Shown: positions 1-12,099, counted from the stretch's first letter. The stretch: 57,165 nucleotides of DNA from an uncultured bacterium (GCA_963978095.1 CAXBQP010000011.1:1-57165), one strand, 5' to 3'. Program-made: numbers and translations. The notes: generated by a model not told the origin, from the letters alone.

Positions 1-56
1 TGATACGGCGACCACCGAGATCTACACTCTTTCCCTACACGACGCTCTTCCGATCT
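1..56 (+). other. Illumina TruSeq universal (P5/Read1) adapter; assembly contamination
   Basis: TGATACGGCGACCACCGAGATCTACACTCTTTCCCTACACGACGCTCTTCCGATCT is the universal adapter lacking only its first two A's; it gives the DRKSVV tail of ORF 35..1222. Confidence 0.99.
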
Positions 57-199
57 AACATCCAGTCCGGCGTGCGGTGCGCCGAGACGATCTTTTTCTC
101 GTAGGGCACACCGAGGGTTTCGAGCATATCGCAGGCGCCGGCCAGATGTTCGTGGTCGCTGGCGCTGCCCATGATGACACCGACGAGGGGAGCGGTCAT
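57..199 (-). CDS. purE: N5-CAIR mutase PurE, 5' part only (truncated by contig end/adapter)
   Basis: MTAPLVGVIMGSASDHEHL...IVSAHRTPD carries the PurE GS.SD and SAHRTP motifs. Confidence 0.93.
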
Positions 200-340
200 G
201 GATGAAATATGGCGCATCGGCGTGGGGCGGGGAATGCGGTCGGCGGCCCCGGGACGCGCGTGCGTCCGGCGACGGCCTGCGCCAGCGCTTGTGGTGCCCT
301 TGGCGTTACTAGAGGTATCCACCTCCCACCGCCACGGATC

Positions 341-1336
341 ATGCAGTACACCCGCCTCGGACACACTGGTCTCACCGTCTCCCGGCTTTGCCTCGGCTGC
401 ATGTCCTTCGGCGACCCCGTCGGCTGGCGCGCGTGGGTGCTGGACGAGGCCGATTCGCGCCCCTTCTTCAAAACGGCGCTGGACGCCGGCATCAACTTCT
501 TCGACACCGCGGACATGTATTCGCGAGGCGTGAGCGAGGAGATCACGGGGCGCGCGCTGAAGGACATGGCGCGGCGCGATGAGATCGTCCTGGCCACCAA
601 GGTCTATTTTCCGGTGCGAGACGGTCACAATCTGGGCGGACTCTCCCGCAAGCATATCATGCACGCGGTGGAGGATTCGTTGCGCCGTCTGCAGACGGAC
701 TATATCGACCTCTATCAGATCCACCGCTTCGACCATGGCACGCCGATCGAGGAGACCCTTGGGGCGCTGGACCGGCTCATCCAGGACGGCAAGGTGCGCT
801 ATATCGGTGCGAGCAGCGGGCCGGCGTGGGTGATGATGCAGGCGCTTTCCGTGAGCGAGCGGCACGGCTGGGCGCGCTTCGCCACCATGCAGAATCACTA
901 CAATGCGCTGTACCGCGAGGAAGAGCGCGAGATGATGCCGCTCTGCATCGCCGAGGGGGTGGGGGTGATTCCGTGGTCTCCGATGGCGCGCGGCTATCTC
1001 ACGCGCCCATCGGCGACAACGAAAGCACGCATCACGCCGCGCGCGACCGGTGACAGCTACTCGATCGGGATGTACGACGACACCGTGAACTGGGCGATCG
1101 TCGACGCGGTCGAGGGCGTAGCCACCGCGCGCGGAATCCCGATGGCGCAAGTCGCGCTCGCCTGGTTGCTGGGGCGGCGTGGCGTGACCGCGCCGATCGT
1201 CGGGGCGACCAAGCTGGGACAACTCACTGATGCCATCGCTGCGCTGGACGTCACACTGACGGCCGAGGAGATCGCCGCGATCGAACGGCCCTACGCGCCA
1301 GTCCGCGTGCTGGGGTTCGAAGGGCCCAAGGGCTGA
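341..1336 (+). CDS. Aldo/keto reductase (aryl-alcohol dehydrogenase-like)
   Basis: MQYTRLGHTGLTVSRLCLGCMSFG, FFDTADMYS, LATK, IDLYQIHRFD and PWSPMARG motifs; start placed at ATG 341. Confidence 0.93.
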   Translation: MQYTRLGHTGLTVSRLCLGCMSFGDPVGWRAWVLDEADSRPFFKTALDAGINFFDTADMYSRGVSEEITGRALKDMARRDEIVLATKVYFPVRDGHNLGGLSRKHIMHAVEDSLRRLQTDYIDLYQIHRFDHGTPIEETLGALDRLIQDGKVRYIGASSGPAWVMMQALSVSERHGWARFATMQNHYNALYREEEREMMPLCIAEGVGVIPWSPMARGYLTRPSATTKARITPRATGDSYSIGMYDDTVNWAIVDAVEGVATARGIPMAQVALAWLLGRRGVTAPIVGATKLGQLTDAIAALDVTLTAEEIAAIERPYAPVRVLGFEGPKG

Positions 1337-1346
1337 GCGGTGACGC

Positions 1347-1967
1347 TCAGCGTCCGCCCGCGAACCCCTCGCCCCACCGACCCGCGAACGCGATATGCCC
1401 GAGCGGTTGGCGGGTCCGCGGCGTGAGTTCGCGGATCTTCATCGCGTCCGGTACCGCATCCACCGGCAGTTGGTAGCCCAGGGCGAACATCGTCATGATC
1501 GTGTAGCGATCCGGAATCCCGAAGGACGCACGGATGCCGTCGGTGTCGAAGCCGCCCATCTGGTGCAGCATCAGTCCGCGTGCGGTGGCTTCCAGCGCGA
1601 GACTCAGGGCCGCTTGTCCGGCATCATAGGCATGCCACCGATTGGGCGTGTCATCCTTGTCCATGCGGGTGTACGAACAGATGATGCCGAGGATCGGTGC
1701 GAAGTCGCACCAGCTCTGATTGCTGGACGCGAGTGCGTCGAAGGCCATCTCCCACGCGTCGGGGTCGGTGTGCCGGTCGCAGATGATGATGCGCCACGGC
1801 TGCAGGTTCATGCAGGACGGGGCCCAGCGAGCGGCTTCGAGGACCCCGGTAAGGTCGTCGTGCGACACCCGACGATCGGCGTCGTACGCCCGGCCGCTCC
1901 AGCGGTCGGTCGCGAGCGGGTTGATCGGCACCGCGGTGTGCGCGGGTTTCGGGATCACCGTGCTCAT
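1347..1967 (-). CDS. Nitroreductase family protein
   Basis: RWSGRAY, AARWAPSCMNLQPWR, YDAGQA, HQMGGFD. Confidence 0.9.
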   Translation of the reverse strand: MSTVIPKPAHTAVPINPLATDRWSGRAYDADRRVSHDDLTGVLEAARWAPSCMNLQPWRIIICDRHTDPDAWEMAFDALASSNQSWCDFAPILGIICSYTRMDKDDTPNRWHAYDAGQAALSLALEATARGLMLHQMGGFDTDGIRASFGIPDRYTIMTMFALGYQLPVDAVPDAMKIRELTPRTRQPLGHIAFAGRWGEGFAGGR

Positions 1968-2617
1968 GGGAGTGCGTTCACGGTGAGGGTCACCAACCCT
2001 GAGTTCGCCGCCGAGGCCGCGAGCAGGTCGTTGCCGAACGTGGTGAAACTCCCCGTACAGGAGGTGCTGGCGCGATACACGCGGACCTCCGTGTCGCCCT
2101 GATACCGCCAGTAGCCCCAGTATCCGGCGCTGGAGGATGCCGGATGCGTGCCCAGACAGAGCAGTCCTGCCGTGCGGGAGATTGCGACCATCACCGGGCT
2201 GGCGGTCTTGTTGTCGATCTTCACCGCGAAGTAACGGAACGGTCCGATGGTATTGGTGATCGTGATCGTGTCCTTCACGATGTTCAGCAAGCGGTCGAAC
2301 GATTGGGAGGTGGGGAGGTCATCCGTTCCCGAGTTTCCCCCGGGAAAGGTCACCAGAGCCGGCGGGGTCCACAGCGCTTGTGTCACGGTGAGATTCGCGT
2401 CTCCCGTGACCGTGGCGCCGCAGCACGCGAGATTCGCCACCCCCGCCGAGGCCAGCGACACGCTGATCGGCGCCACCAGGTAGTTGATGGCGGTCACCGG
2501 ACGCGTCGGCGGCAGCGGCGTATCGAGGATGTGGCAGGACGCCGTGGACGCGAGCAATGCCGCGCTGAGGAGCATCGGGCGCAGCGTGAGGAACCGGTGG
2601 ACGCGGACAGCGGGCAT
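1964..2617 (-). CDS. Hypothetical lipoprotein
   Basis: Hydrophobic N-terminus with lipobox-like LASTASC; Thr/Ser-rich beta-type mature part; its stop overlaps the nitroreductase start. Confidence 0.6.
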   Translation of the reverse strand: MPAVRVHRFLTLRPMLLSAALLASTASCHILDTPLPPTRPVTAINYLVAPISVSLASAGVANLACCGATVTGDANLTVTQALWTPPALVTFPGGNSGTDDLPTSQSFDRLLNIVKDTITITNTIGPFRYFAVKIDNKTASPVMVAISRTAGLLCLGTHPASSSAGYWGYWRYQGDTEVRVYRASTSCTGSFTTFGNDLLAASAANSGLVTLTVNALP

Positions 2618-2662
2618 GAAAGAGTCCAGTCGATGGGAATGATGTGAGCATAATGGCGGGGA

Positions 2663-2704
2663 ACGCAGAAAGGGCCAACCGCGAGCGGTCAGCCCTTCCT
2701 GCGT
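2663..2704 (-). terminator. Hairpin just downstream of tRNA-Asn (likely terminator)
   Basis: ACGCAGAAAGGGC...GCCCTTCCTGCGT near-perfect inverted repeat. Confidence 0.55.
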
Positions 2705-2723
2705 CTTGCCGATCTGTGGGAAG

Positions 2724-2796
2724 CTCCCGAGGAGGGACTCGAACCCCCGACAGGGTGATTAACAGTCACCTGCTCTACCACCTGAGCTACTCGGGA
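2724..2796 (-). tRNA. tRNA-Asn(GTT), CCA not encoded
   Basis: Minus strand TCCCGAGTAGCTCAGGTGGTAGAGCAGGTGACTGTTAATCACCCTGTCGGGGGTTCGAGTCCCTCCTCGGGAG folds as a cloverleaf with anticodon GTT. Confidence 0.97.
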
Positions 2797-2876
2797 ATAG
2801 CTTTGAAAAATACCCTAATCCCCACGCGGGGTCAACTTCGACCGGGTTCATCCCCAACTCGTTGTCCCGCAACGTG

Positions 2877-3740
2877 CTACGAGTCCCCCTCACGCTCCAC
2901 GGCGTCCTTGGCCAGGACAGCCGCGTCCCGCGTTCCCTCGCCCTCGGCGATCAGTGCGTCCATGCGCGCGGCGATGCCCGGCAGGACCGCCAACGGCAGA
3001 TCGCCGACGCTCTCCATCATCAAGCGCACGTCCTTGCGGGCCATCACGAGCTCGAAACTCGGCGTGAAGTCGCCCTTGGCCATCTGACGGCCACGTCCCG
3101 CCACGACGTTCCCGGGATTGAAGAAGTCGAGCAGTTTCAGTGCATCGTCCGCGGTCACCTGACGGCCCTTGGCGATGCTGAGCACGTCGGCCATCGTTCC
3201 GGCGATCCCGATGATGAACGCGTTGCCGAACAGCTTGTACACGGCCGCGAGGTCCGGGCGTTCGCCGAAGTATTCGAGCCGTTGCGCCATTCCGGCGAGG
3301 CCGGCCTGCACCGCGTCGAAGTGGGGTTTGGGGCCGGCGGCCATGATGATCCCCTGCCCCTGGCGTGCGGCCGCCGGTCCGATGAACACGGGGCAGTGGA
3401 GGTATTTCACGCCGCTCGCGTTCAGCCGGGCGGAGCGTTCAGCGGTGAGGGCGGGTTGCGTGGTGGTGTGATCGCAGATGATGGTGTCCGCGCCGAGCCC
3501 GGGGCGCGCGGCGGCGATGACGGACTCAACCGACTCGTCATCGCGCAGCACGAGGTGCACGCGTTCCACGCCGCGGACCGCGTCGGCGGCGGTCGCGGCG
3601 GTCGTGATGTTGAAGGAGCGAAGGGCGTCGGCTTTGGCAGCCGTGCGATTCCACGCGGTGACGCGGTCACCGCGCGCCGCGGCAGCTTCGGCGAGGGCGG
3701 CGCCGAGCAGGCCGGTGCCGAGAAAAGCGATTGTGGCCAT
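2877..3740 (-). CDS. NAD(P)-dependent oxidoreductase, 3-hydroxyisobutyrate/6-phosphogluconate dehydrogenase family
   Basis: IAFLGTGLLG Rossmann motif, WNRT, catalytic KLFGN, FELVMARKD. Confidence 0.9.
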   Translation of the reverse strand: MATIAFLGTGLLGAALAEAAAARGDRVTAWNRTAAKADALRSFNITTAATAADAVRGVERVHLVLRDDESVESVIAAARPGLGADTIICDHTTTQPALTAERSARLNASGVKYLHCPVFIGPAAARQGQGIIMAAGPKPHFDAVQAGLAGMAQRLEYFGERPDLAAVYKLFGNAFIIGIAGTMADVLSIAKGRQVTADDALKLLDFFNPGNVVAGRGRQMAKGDFTPSFELVMARKDVRLMMESVGDLPLAVLPGIAARMDALIAEGEGTRDAAVLAKDAVEREGDS

Positions 3741-3757
3741 GCGGTCCTCTCGTGGGG

Positions 3758-6595
3758 CTAGCGCCCCGGTTTGCGTGTCGGTTTTGCGGGGGCGATGGAC
3801 GTGGTGAGCAGCGGCGCCAACCAGCGTCCCGTGTGCGAGGCCGCGATCCCGGCGATCTCCTCGGGCGTTCCCATCGCGACCACTTGGCCGCCGCCGGAGC
3901 CCCCGTCGGGCCCCATGTCGACGATCCAGTCGGCGAGCTTGATGACGTCCAGATTGTGCTCGATGAGCACGACCGTGTGCCCGGCCTCGACCAAACGGTC
4001 GAGCACCTGCGCCAGCTTGCGGATGTCCTCGAGGTGCAGTCCCGTGGTGGGCTCATCCATGATGTAGAGCTTCCGCCCCTTCTGCTTGGCGCTGAACGTC
4101 AGCTCCCGTGCGATCTTCAGGCGTTGCGCCTCGCCGCCGCTCAAGGTGGTGGCGGGCTGTCCGAGGCGCAGATAGCCCAACCCGACCTGCTGCACCTGCC
4201 AGAGCGCCTGCCCGAGTTTCTCCTCGTGAGGGAAGAAGCGGATGGCTTCGTCCACCGTCATCTCCAGCACGTCGACGATGCGCTTGCCGAAGTACTTCAC
4301 CTCCAGCACCTCGGGCTTGAAGCGCTTGCCCTCGCATTCGTCGCACGGGACGAAGACGTCGGCCATGAACACCATCTCGACTTCCTGGTAGCCGGCCCCC
4401 TCGCACGTCTCGCATCGGCCGCCGGCCACGTTGAAGCTGAAAGTGCTGGCGGTGAACCGCTTCTGCCGCGCGAGCGGGAGTTCCGCGAAGATGCGACGGA
4501 TCTCGTCGTACGCCTTGATGTAGGTGACCGGGTTCGATCGGGGCGATCGCCCGATCGGTTCCTGGTCCACGAGCACCACATCGGTGAGCGATTCCCATCC
4601 GCGCAGCGCATCGAACGCACCGACTTTCTCCCCCAGGTGTTGCTTGGCGGAGTGTTCGCCGGTGATCCGCTGCTCGAGCGCGCGAAAGAGCACGTCATGG
4701 ATGAGCGTACTCTTGCCGCTCCCGCTCACGCCGGTGACCGCCGTGAGACAACCGATCGGGATCCTGATGTCGACACCGCGGAGGTTGTGCTCGCGCGCGC
4801 CGGTGAGCGTGAGCCAGCGCGGTCCGGTGGTGCGCCGCCGGTCCGGCAAGGGGATCGTCCGCGCCCCGGTGAGATATTGTCCCGTGAGCGGACTCTCCGT
4901 GGCGCGCGCCATCGGTCCGCTGAAGACGACCGTGCCCCCCTGCTCGCCAGCGGCCGGCCCGAGCTCGACCATCCAGTCGGCAATCCGCATGGCCTCGAGG
5001 TCGTGCTCCACCACGATCACCGTGTTGCCGCCATCGCGCAGCCGCTCCAGCAACGAGAGCAGCCGCTCCATGTCACGCGGATGCAGCCCGATGCTCGGCT
5101 CGTCGAGCACGTAGGTCGCGTCGACCAGATGCGACCCCAGCGAGTTGGAGAGCCCGATCCGCTGCGCCTCGCCGCCGGAGAGCGTCCGCGTGGTCCGGTC
5201 CAACGTCAAATAGGTGAGCCCCACGTCGCACAGGAACTTCAGTCGCTCACGCGCCTCGCGCAGGATGTGCGCCGCGATCGCGGTCTCGTTGGGCGTCAGC
5301 GTGAGCGCGTCCACCCATGCGCGCAGCAGGTCCACCGGCATCGCGGCGATGTCGGCGATGTTCCGCCCCGCGATCCGTACATTGAGTGCGTCGGCCTGCA
5401 GTTTGGACCCGTGGCAGCCGTGACACTCCGTGGCCGACTGGTATTTCCGCAAGAAGACCCGGATGTACTGCTTGTACTTCTTGGGCTCGAGCGACTCGAG
5501 GTGCTTCACGATGCCGAGGTACCCTTTCCCCTTGCCGCGCAGCAGTTTCTCGCGCGCCGGGGCCGGAAGCGTGCTCCATGGCGAATCCATCGGGATCCCC
5601 TCCTTCTTGGCGAACTCCGCGAGGGCGAGCCGTTTGTTGTCGTAGCGCGGCATCGTCCAGGGGTCGATCGCTCCCTCGCGCAGCGTGCGCTCGGGGTAGG
5701 GGATGATCAATGCCTCGTCGTACTCGAGGGTCGCGCCGAACCCGTTGCACACCGCGCAGGCGCCGCGCGGGTTGTTGAACGAGAACAGCTGCGGACTCGG
5801 CGCCGGCGCGGTGTGCCCGTCATTCGGGCATTCAAAGCGCGTGGTGAAGCGGAGTCGGCGTTCCGGAGCGTCAGGGGGGATCACGATCGCGGTGGCGTCG
5901 CCGTCCCCTTCGAGGAATGCCGTCTCGAACGCGTCGGTGAAGCGCGTGCGTGCGGCTGGATCGACCGTCAAACGGTCGGCGACGATGAGGAGCTCCTTCG
6001 TCTTCGCCAGATTCGCCTTGGGGGGGAGCTCGTCGAGATGCATCGGCTCCCCGTTCGCGACGACGCGCACGAACGCCTTGGCGCGGAGCATCTCCACGAT
6101 CTCCCGGTGCGTCGCCTTCGAGCTGCGATGCAAGGGGAAGGTGATCATCACCCGTGAGCGTTCGGGCGATTCCAGGGTGCGGTCGGCGGCGGACTGCGGG
6201 GTGTCCGGCTTGAGCTCCCGTCCGCACGTGGGGCAGATCGTGCGACCGACACGCGCCCAGAGGAGTCGCAGGTAGTCGTAGATCTCGGTCGCGGTGCCGA
6301 CGGTGGACCGCGAGGTGCGCGTCGGGTTCTTCTGCTCGATCGCGACCGCCGGGGAGAGCCCGTCGATGAAGTCAACGTCGGGCTTCTTCATGCGCTCCAG
6401 GAACTGGCGCGCATACGCGGACAGCGACTCGACGTATCGACGCTGCCCTTCGGCGTAAATCGTGTCGAAGGCCAGCGACGACTTGCCCGAGCCGCTGGGG
6501 CCGGTGACCACGGTGATGGCGCGCCGCGGGATCTCGAGATCGATCCCCTGCAGATTGTGCTGCCGGGCGCCGCGGATGACGATGCGGTCCTTCAC
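3758..6595 (-). CDS. uvrA: Excinuclease ABC subunit A
   Basis: GARQHNL, two Walker A motifs ([18 protein letters not shown]), two LSGGEAQR signatures, Cys zinc-finger motifs. Confidence 0.97.
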   Translation of the reverse strand: MKDRIVIRGARQHNLQGIDLEIPRRAITVVTGPSGSGKSSLAFDTIYAEGQRRYVESLSAYARQFLERMKKPDVDFIDGLSPAVAIEQKNPTRTSRSTVGTATEIYDYLRLLWARVGRTICPTCGRELKPDTPQSAADRTLESPERSRVMITFPLHRSSKATHREIVEMLRAKAFVRVVANGEPMHLDELPPKANLAKTKELLIVADRLTVDPAARTRFTDAFETAFLEGDGDATAIVIPPDAPERRLRFTTRFECPNDGHTAPAPSPQLFSFNNPRGACAVCNGFGATLEYDEALIIPYPERTLREGAIDPWTMPRYDNKRLALAEFAKKEGIPMDSPWSTLPAPAREKLLRGKGKGYLGIVKHLESLEPKKYKQYIRVFLRKYQSATECHGCHGSKLQADALNVRIAGRNIADIAAMPVDLLRAWVDALTLTPNETAIAAHILREARERLKFLCDVGLTYLTLDRTTRTLSGGEAQRIGLSNSLGSHLVDATYVLDEPSIGLHPRDMERLLSLLERLRDGGNTVIVVEHDLEAMRIADWMVELGPAAGEQGGTVVFSGPMARATESPLTGQYLTGARTIPLPDRRRTTGPRWLTLTGAREHNLRGVDIRIPIGCLTAVTGVSGSGKSTLIHDVLFRALEQRITGEHSAKQHLGEKVGAFDALRGWESLTDVVLVDQEPIGRSPRSNPVTYIKAYDEIRRIFAELPLARQKRFTASTFSFNVAGGRCETCEGAGYQEVEMVFMADVFVPCDECEGKRFKPEVLEVKYFGKRIVDVLEMTVDEAIRFFPHEEKLGQALWQVQQVGLGYLRLGQPATTLSGGEAQRLKIARELTFSAKQKGRKLYIMDEPTTGLHLEDIRKLAQVLDRLVEAGHTVVLIEHNLDVIKLADWIVDMGPDGGSGGGQVVAMGTPEEIAGIAASHTGRWLAPLLTTSIAPAKPTRKPGR

Positions 6596-6604
6596 GGCCG
6601 AAAG

Positions 6605-7915
6605 TTAGTGGGCGACCGCCATCGGTGCGCTGCGGCGTGGACGGAGACGGAGGAAGACCATGATTCCGCCCGTGACGCGCCCGCCGTACGTGGGTTCGAG
6701 TTCACCGCCCACCAGATTCAGCGAGAGCCGTGCGCCGAGTCCGAGGTTTGTCCGTTCGGTCCGTGATACGGTGCGAACCCCGCCGATCGACAGGCTTCCA
6801 AGATCAAAACTGCGTTCCGGATCGATCGCTGTCGTCGCGGGCAGCGCCAGGTCGTCGGCTGTCTTCTGGACGAACTCCGCGCGCGCGAACACCGATCCGC
6901 GCTCTTCGTCGGCCACCTCGGCCTCGGCCAGCAGACTGTTCAGGACTCCCGCATGATCCGAGTGCGACATCCCGCCCCAGATGACCGATGCGGCGAACTG
7001 TCGTTGCGCGGAGAGCGCACGACCATACTGCGCGGCGGCCAGCGCGCGGTGCATCGAGTGACCGGCATCACGCGTTTCCGGACTCTTGATGAATCCGAAA
7101 CCTGCCGTGAGGCTCCAGTGCGCCGTGGGGTTGGCCGTGATGCGCGCACTGTACGATTGCAACGGCGCGAAGTCGAAGTTCCAGCGGTTCTGGTCCGGCT
7201 CGCGGCCGTTGAACGCCGAGGCTTCGATCTTCAGGCGATTCCAGACGAGCCCCGCGGTGGCCACGCCGAAGCTCACGTGCGACGCGTCCTGCCAATGGTG
7301 CCCGAGTGGCGCGGCCAGATCATCGACCGACGACGGCCGATGCATGAAGGCTGGTGGTCCCAAGGCCGGTTCACCGGAGGGCGCGAGATAGAGTTCCAGC
7401 GCGAACGCCTTGGTGATCGGCTGGTCATACAGCGCCGCCACCTCCATGAACGCGTCATGGGGGTGCTGGCGGTCATGGATCGCTGCTCCGTCGTACAACT
7501 CGCCAGTCTGCAGGAGCAACGGATACCCGGTGCCCCCGACCGTCGCGGCATCGACGCTCAGCATGGTGCGCAGTTGCAGCGCCCCCGCACCGAGGGGCCG
7601 CGAGGCCATGAGCATCCCCCAGTTCAGGCTGCCGAGTTGATCCGCACCGCGCGGCCCGGATTGATGGTCCAGCTGCAGAAACCCGTACCCGTGAGCCATC
7701 AGATGCCAGTCGCCCGCCATCCAGCTCTGCGACGGGAGCGTCACGGCATCGGGAATCCAGGAGGTGCCCGAGGCGAAGCGATTCATCGGGACGCCAGCGC
7801 CGAAGCGGACCATCGGCCCGCCTGACATCGCGGACATGTCGTGCCCCTCGTGCTGCGCGAGAAGTACCGCAGGGGCGAGGAGCAACAACATCGTCAGCTG
7901 GCCGAGCGTCGTCAT
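6605..7915 (-). CDS. Conserved hypothetical exported protein, His/Met-rich, probable outer-membrane beta-barrel
   Basis: Signal peptide followed by [23 protein letters not shown] and HHWQD motifs; alternating beta-strand pattern; start uncertain (7954/7915/7891). Confidence 0.7.
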   Translation of the reverse strand: MTTLGQLTMLLLLAPAVLLAQHEGHDMSAMSGGPMVRFGAGVPMNRFASGTSWIPDAVTLPSQSWMAGDWHLMAHGYGFLQLDHQSGPRGADQLGSLNWGMLMASRPLGAGALQLRTMLSVDAATVGGTGYPLLLQTGELYDGAAIHDRQHPHDAFMEVAALYDQPITKAFALELYLAPSGEPALGPPAFMHRPSSVDDLAAPLGHHWQDASHVSFGVATAGLVWNRLKIEASAFNGREPDQNRWNFDFAPLQSYSARITANPTAHWSLTAGFGFIKSPETRDAGHSMHRALAAAQYGRALSAQRQFAASVIWGGMSHSDHAGVLNSLLAEAEVADEERGSVFARAEFVQKTADDLALPATTAIDPERSFDLGSLSIGGVRTVSRTERTNLGLGARLSLNLVGGELEPTYGGRVTGGIMVFLRLRPRRSAPMAVAH

Positions 7916-8019
7916 CGGCCGCCGACCGAACAAGCAGAGAGGTCTGCGGGGCATGGGTGAATAATGCGCGAGGAGCGCTCGAGGTGCCCGGCACCCGCGC
8001 GTACGGCTAACTTGCACGC

Positions 8020-9837
8020 ATGGCCGCTGCCACGGACGACGACGCCCTCGCGAAAGCATTCGACTGGCCCCTGGCCAAGCGGCTGTTCGGATATGTGCGC
8101 CCCTACGGCCGGCTGGTGATCGGATCGTTCGTGCTGTTGATGGTCGAAGGGGTGCTGCAACTCGCCCAACCCCTGCTCACACGCCACGTGATCGACGTGG
8201 CGGTCCCGGCCCACGACCGCGCTGACGTCCAACGCAGTGCTCTGGCGTTCGTGGGGGTGCTCATCACCCTGCTGGGCACGTCGTACGGGCAAGTCATTCT
8301 CACGACCACGCTCGGCCAGTCCGTGATGCACGACCTGCGCCAACAGATTTTCGCGCACGTGCAGCGGCTGCCGATCCCCTACTTCGACAAGACACCGGTC
8401 GGACGGCTCGTCACGCGCATCACCTCGGACATCGAGTCGCTGAACGAGTTGTTCACCAGCGGCGTCGTGGCCGGGCTCGGCGATCTCGTCACGCTTGTCG
8501 CCATCGCGGCCCTGATGATCAGCGTCGATTGGCGCATGACGATCGCGGCCTTCGGCGTCGTGCCGTTCATCTTCCTCACGTCGTGGGTCTTCCGCGCCCG
8601 CGTGCGCGACAGCTATCGCGATATCCGCACGCGGCTCGCCCGCATCAACGCCTTCCTGCAGGAGCGGCTCACGGGAATTCGGATCGTCCAGCTCTTCGGT
8701 CGCGAACGGGACGAGGCCGACCGATTCGCCGCGTTGAATCAGTCGCATCTCGAGGCGCATCTGAAGTCGGTCACCGTCTATGCGTTGTATTTCCCGGCTA
8801 TCGAGATCCTGACCACCGTTGCGCTCGCGGCCCTGATCGTCACCGCGGTACCGCGCGTCGCCGGTCATCTGCTCACCGTGGGCACCGTCGCGGCGTTCCT
8901 GCAGCTCGCACGGCGCTTTTTCCAGCCGCTCCAGGACCTCTCCGACAAGTACAACACCCTGCAGCAGGCCATGGCGGCGAGCGAACGGGTCTTTGCGCTG
9001 CTCGATACCGCGGTGCCGCTCGATGCGGCCCCGGAGGGGATCGCGCCGCTGGTCGCCGCCGCCGGCGTGACGGTGACGTTCGAGGATGTCTGGTTCAGCT
9101 ACGCGGGGCCCGATGCGGCGGTGCTCCCGGACCCGCAGTGGGTGCTCAAGGGGGTGAGCTTCACCGTGCGTCCCGGACACACGCTCGCGCTCGTGGGCCA
9201 CACAGGAGCGGGGAAGACGACCGTCATCAGTCTGCTCCTGCGATTCTACGACCCGCAGCGCGGACGCATCCTGATCGACGGTCGCGACATCCGCACCCTG
9301 CCGCTCGACACCCTCCGCTCGCACGTCGGGTATGTGCAGCAGGACATCTTCCTCTTCGCGACCGACATCGCCACCAACATCCGGCTCAGTGCGCCCCTGA
9401 GCGACGCCGAGGTGGAGCGTGCCGCGGCCCGGGTCGGGGCGGACGCCATCATCAAGCGGTTCCCGGACGGATACCAGCACCAGCTCGCCGAACGCGGTGC
9501 CAGTGTGAGTGTCGGCGAACGGCAGTTGCTCTCGTTTGCGCGGGCCATCGCCGCCGACCCGGCGCTGCTCCTGCTCGATGAGGCCACCAGTGCGGTGGAC
9601 AGCGAGATCGAGGCGGCGATCCAGCAGGCGCTCGCAACGCTGATGCACGGGCGGACGACGATCGCGGTGGCCCACCGACTCAGCACCATCATCGCAGCCG
9701 ACGAGATCCTGGTGATGCATCACGGAGAGGTTCGCGAGCGCGGGACGCACCGCGCACTCTTCGACGCCGATGGGCTGTATGCCCGACTCTACCGGTTGCA
9801 ATCCGGCGAGTTCCGCGACACCCCGTCCCCCGTGTAA
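8020..9837 (+). CDS. ABC exporter, fused permease/ATP-binding (MdlB/MsbA-like)
   Basis: N-terminal TM helices; GHTGAGKTT; SVGERQL; LLLDEATS; AHRLST. Confidence 0.95.
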   Translation: MAAATDDDALAKAFDWPLAKRLFGYVRPYGRLVIGSFVLLMVEGVLQLAQPLLTRHVIDVAVPAHDRADVQRSALAFVGVLITLLGTSYGQVILTTTLGQSVMHDLRQQIFAHVQRLPIPYFDKTPVGRLVTRITSDIESLNELFTSGVVAGLGDLVTLVAIAALMISVDWRMTIAAFGVVPFIFLTSWVFRARVRDSYRDIRTRLARINAFLQERLTGIRIVQLFGRERDEADRFAALNQSHLEAHLKSVTVYALYFPAIEILTTVALAALIVTAVPRVAGHLLTVGTVAAFLQLARRFFQPLQDLSDKYNTLQQAMAASERVFALLDTAVPLDAAPEGIAPLVAAAGVTVTFEDVWFSYAGPDAAVLPDPQWVLKGVSFTVRPGHTLALVGHTGAGKTTVISLLLRFYDPQRGRILIDGRDIRTLPLDTLRSHVGYVQQDIFLFATDIATNIRLSAPLSDAEVERAAARVGADAIIKRFPDGYQHQLAERGASVSVGERQLLSFARAIAADPALLLLDEATSAVDSEIEAAIQQALATLMHGRTTIAVAHRLSTIIAADEILVMHHGEVRERGTHRALFDADGLYARLYRLQSGEFRDTPSPV

Positions 9838-9882
9838 ATACGGTTGCCCCCCCCAAGAGCGGGGGGTAAGTTCCACCATCCC

Positions 9883-11150
9883 ATGCCGCACATCGAGCAC
9901 GGCGGCCAGCGCATCCCGCTGGGGCCCGCCGACCTGACCATTGGCGCATTCGACGGCGCCACCGTCCGCCTCCCCGGGTCCGACCCGTCGGCACGGGCGG
10001 TGCTTTCGGTCGGTCCGGATGGGCGCGGTGTTGTACGCCGCGGCGCCCCGGAGGCCGTGGTCCTCGTGAACAATGTCCGGCTCGGCGTCGAGCCCAGTCC
10101 GTTGATGCACGGCGACAAGCTCGAGCTCGCGGGGGTCGTGGTTGCGTATGGCGACGACCACCAAGCAGGGAACACCCAGTTCGTCTCTGCCTCCGAAATG
10201 GCGGACGTCGTCCGGGCTGCTCGTGCCAGTGCTGCACGTCGGCGCCCGACGATGGCCACGGGAGGGCGCGTGGTGTCGCTGGTGGACGGGCGCGAGTACC
10301 TGGTGGGCGAAGCGGGGGTCTCGTTCGGCCGCGAGGTGGGCAATGAGATCGTCATCGCCTCGAACGACGTGAGCCGCCGCCACGCCACCATCAGTCCGGC
10401 CGAGCACGGCTATATCCTCACCGACGCCAGCACCAACGGCCTGTTCGTCAACGGCGAGCGCGTGGCCCACAGCGTCTTGCTGGCGCGCGCCGATGTCATC
10501 AAGATCGGGCCGGAAGAGTTTCGCTTCTACGCCGACGTGGCGCCGGCGGCACCTCCCACACCGGCCCCAGCCCCAGTCCCAGCCCCAGCCCCAGCAGCCA
10601 CCGCTGCGCCCGCGCGCCAAGCGCTCGCCACCCTCGTGATCATCAACGAGGGACCGATGAAAGGCACGCAGTTCGCACTGCGCGCCGCGCTCACGAACAT
10701 CGGCCGAGGGGAGCACAATGATGTCTCGGTGCTGGACGAAAGCGTCTCCGACTCGCACGCCAAGATCCTGAAACGGAACGATGCCTGGTGGCTCGTCGAC
10801 CAGGGGTCCACCAACGGTACCTATCTCGCGGGCCGACGGATCCAGGGGGAAGTGGAGCTCGTCGGGGCGCCGGACGTACGGTTTGGCGGCGTGAAAATGA
10901 CCTTTCGTCCGGCCGTTGATCCCGCGGCCGCCGAGGCCAAGGGAACGCGCGCCGTTGCTGCCTTGAGTGTGGACGCGGCCAAGCGCCTGGCCAAAGCCGC
11001 CCCGCGCGCGACCGCGACGACTCCGGCGCCCCAAACGGCTCCACCGACCGCGGGCAAGAAGTCGGGCTGTGCCGCCCTGTTCATCCTGCTCGTGTCGATT
11101 GCTGCGGTGGCGGTTTCGTCCGGCGCCGCGTTCGTCCTTGCGGTGCTCCG

Positions 11151-11154
<4 letters not shown>
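9883..11154 (+). CDS. Multi-FHA domain protein with C-terminal membrane anchor
   Basis: FHA motifs FGR...VSRRHA...STNG and IGR...VSDSHA...STNGT; degenerate N-terminal FHA; Pro/Ala linker; hydrophobic C-terminus. Confidence 0.88.
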
Positions 11155-11907
<753 letters not shown>

Positions 11908-11915
<8 letters not shown>

Positions 11916-12099
11916 CGCATCACCGCCGCAGACGGTCGGCGACCTCTCCACCCTGTACCTCGGCAACATCCTCTACGCCCTCGAGCGGTGCGCACTCTCG
12001 CTGGAGGAGGAGCGGAAGGGGGACGACGCCGCGTTCTACCGCGGGATCGGGCGCAAACTCGCCGAGGCGCACGGGCGGGAGAAGACCACGAACCGCTGA
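11908..12099 (+). CDS. Small helical hypothetical protein (63 aa)
   Basis: ATG overlaps the PP2C end; MADASPPQTVGDLSTLYLGNILYALERCALSL...; genome-typical codon usage; followed by a hairpin. Confidence 0.7.

Noticed and set aside
35..1222. 395-aa ORF that looks like a fusion ending in PurE
   Set aside because: The N-terminal part is the antisense shadow of the aldo/keto reductase and the tail is adapter. Only 57..199 is real.
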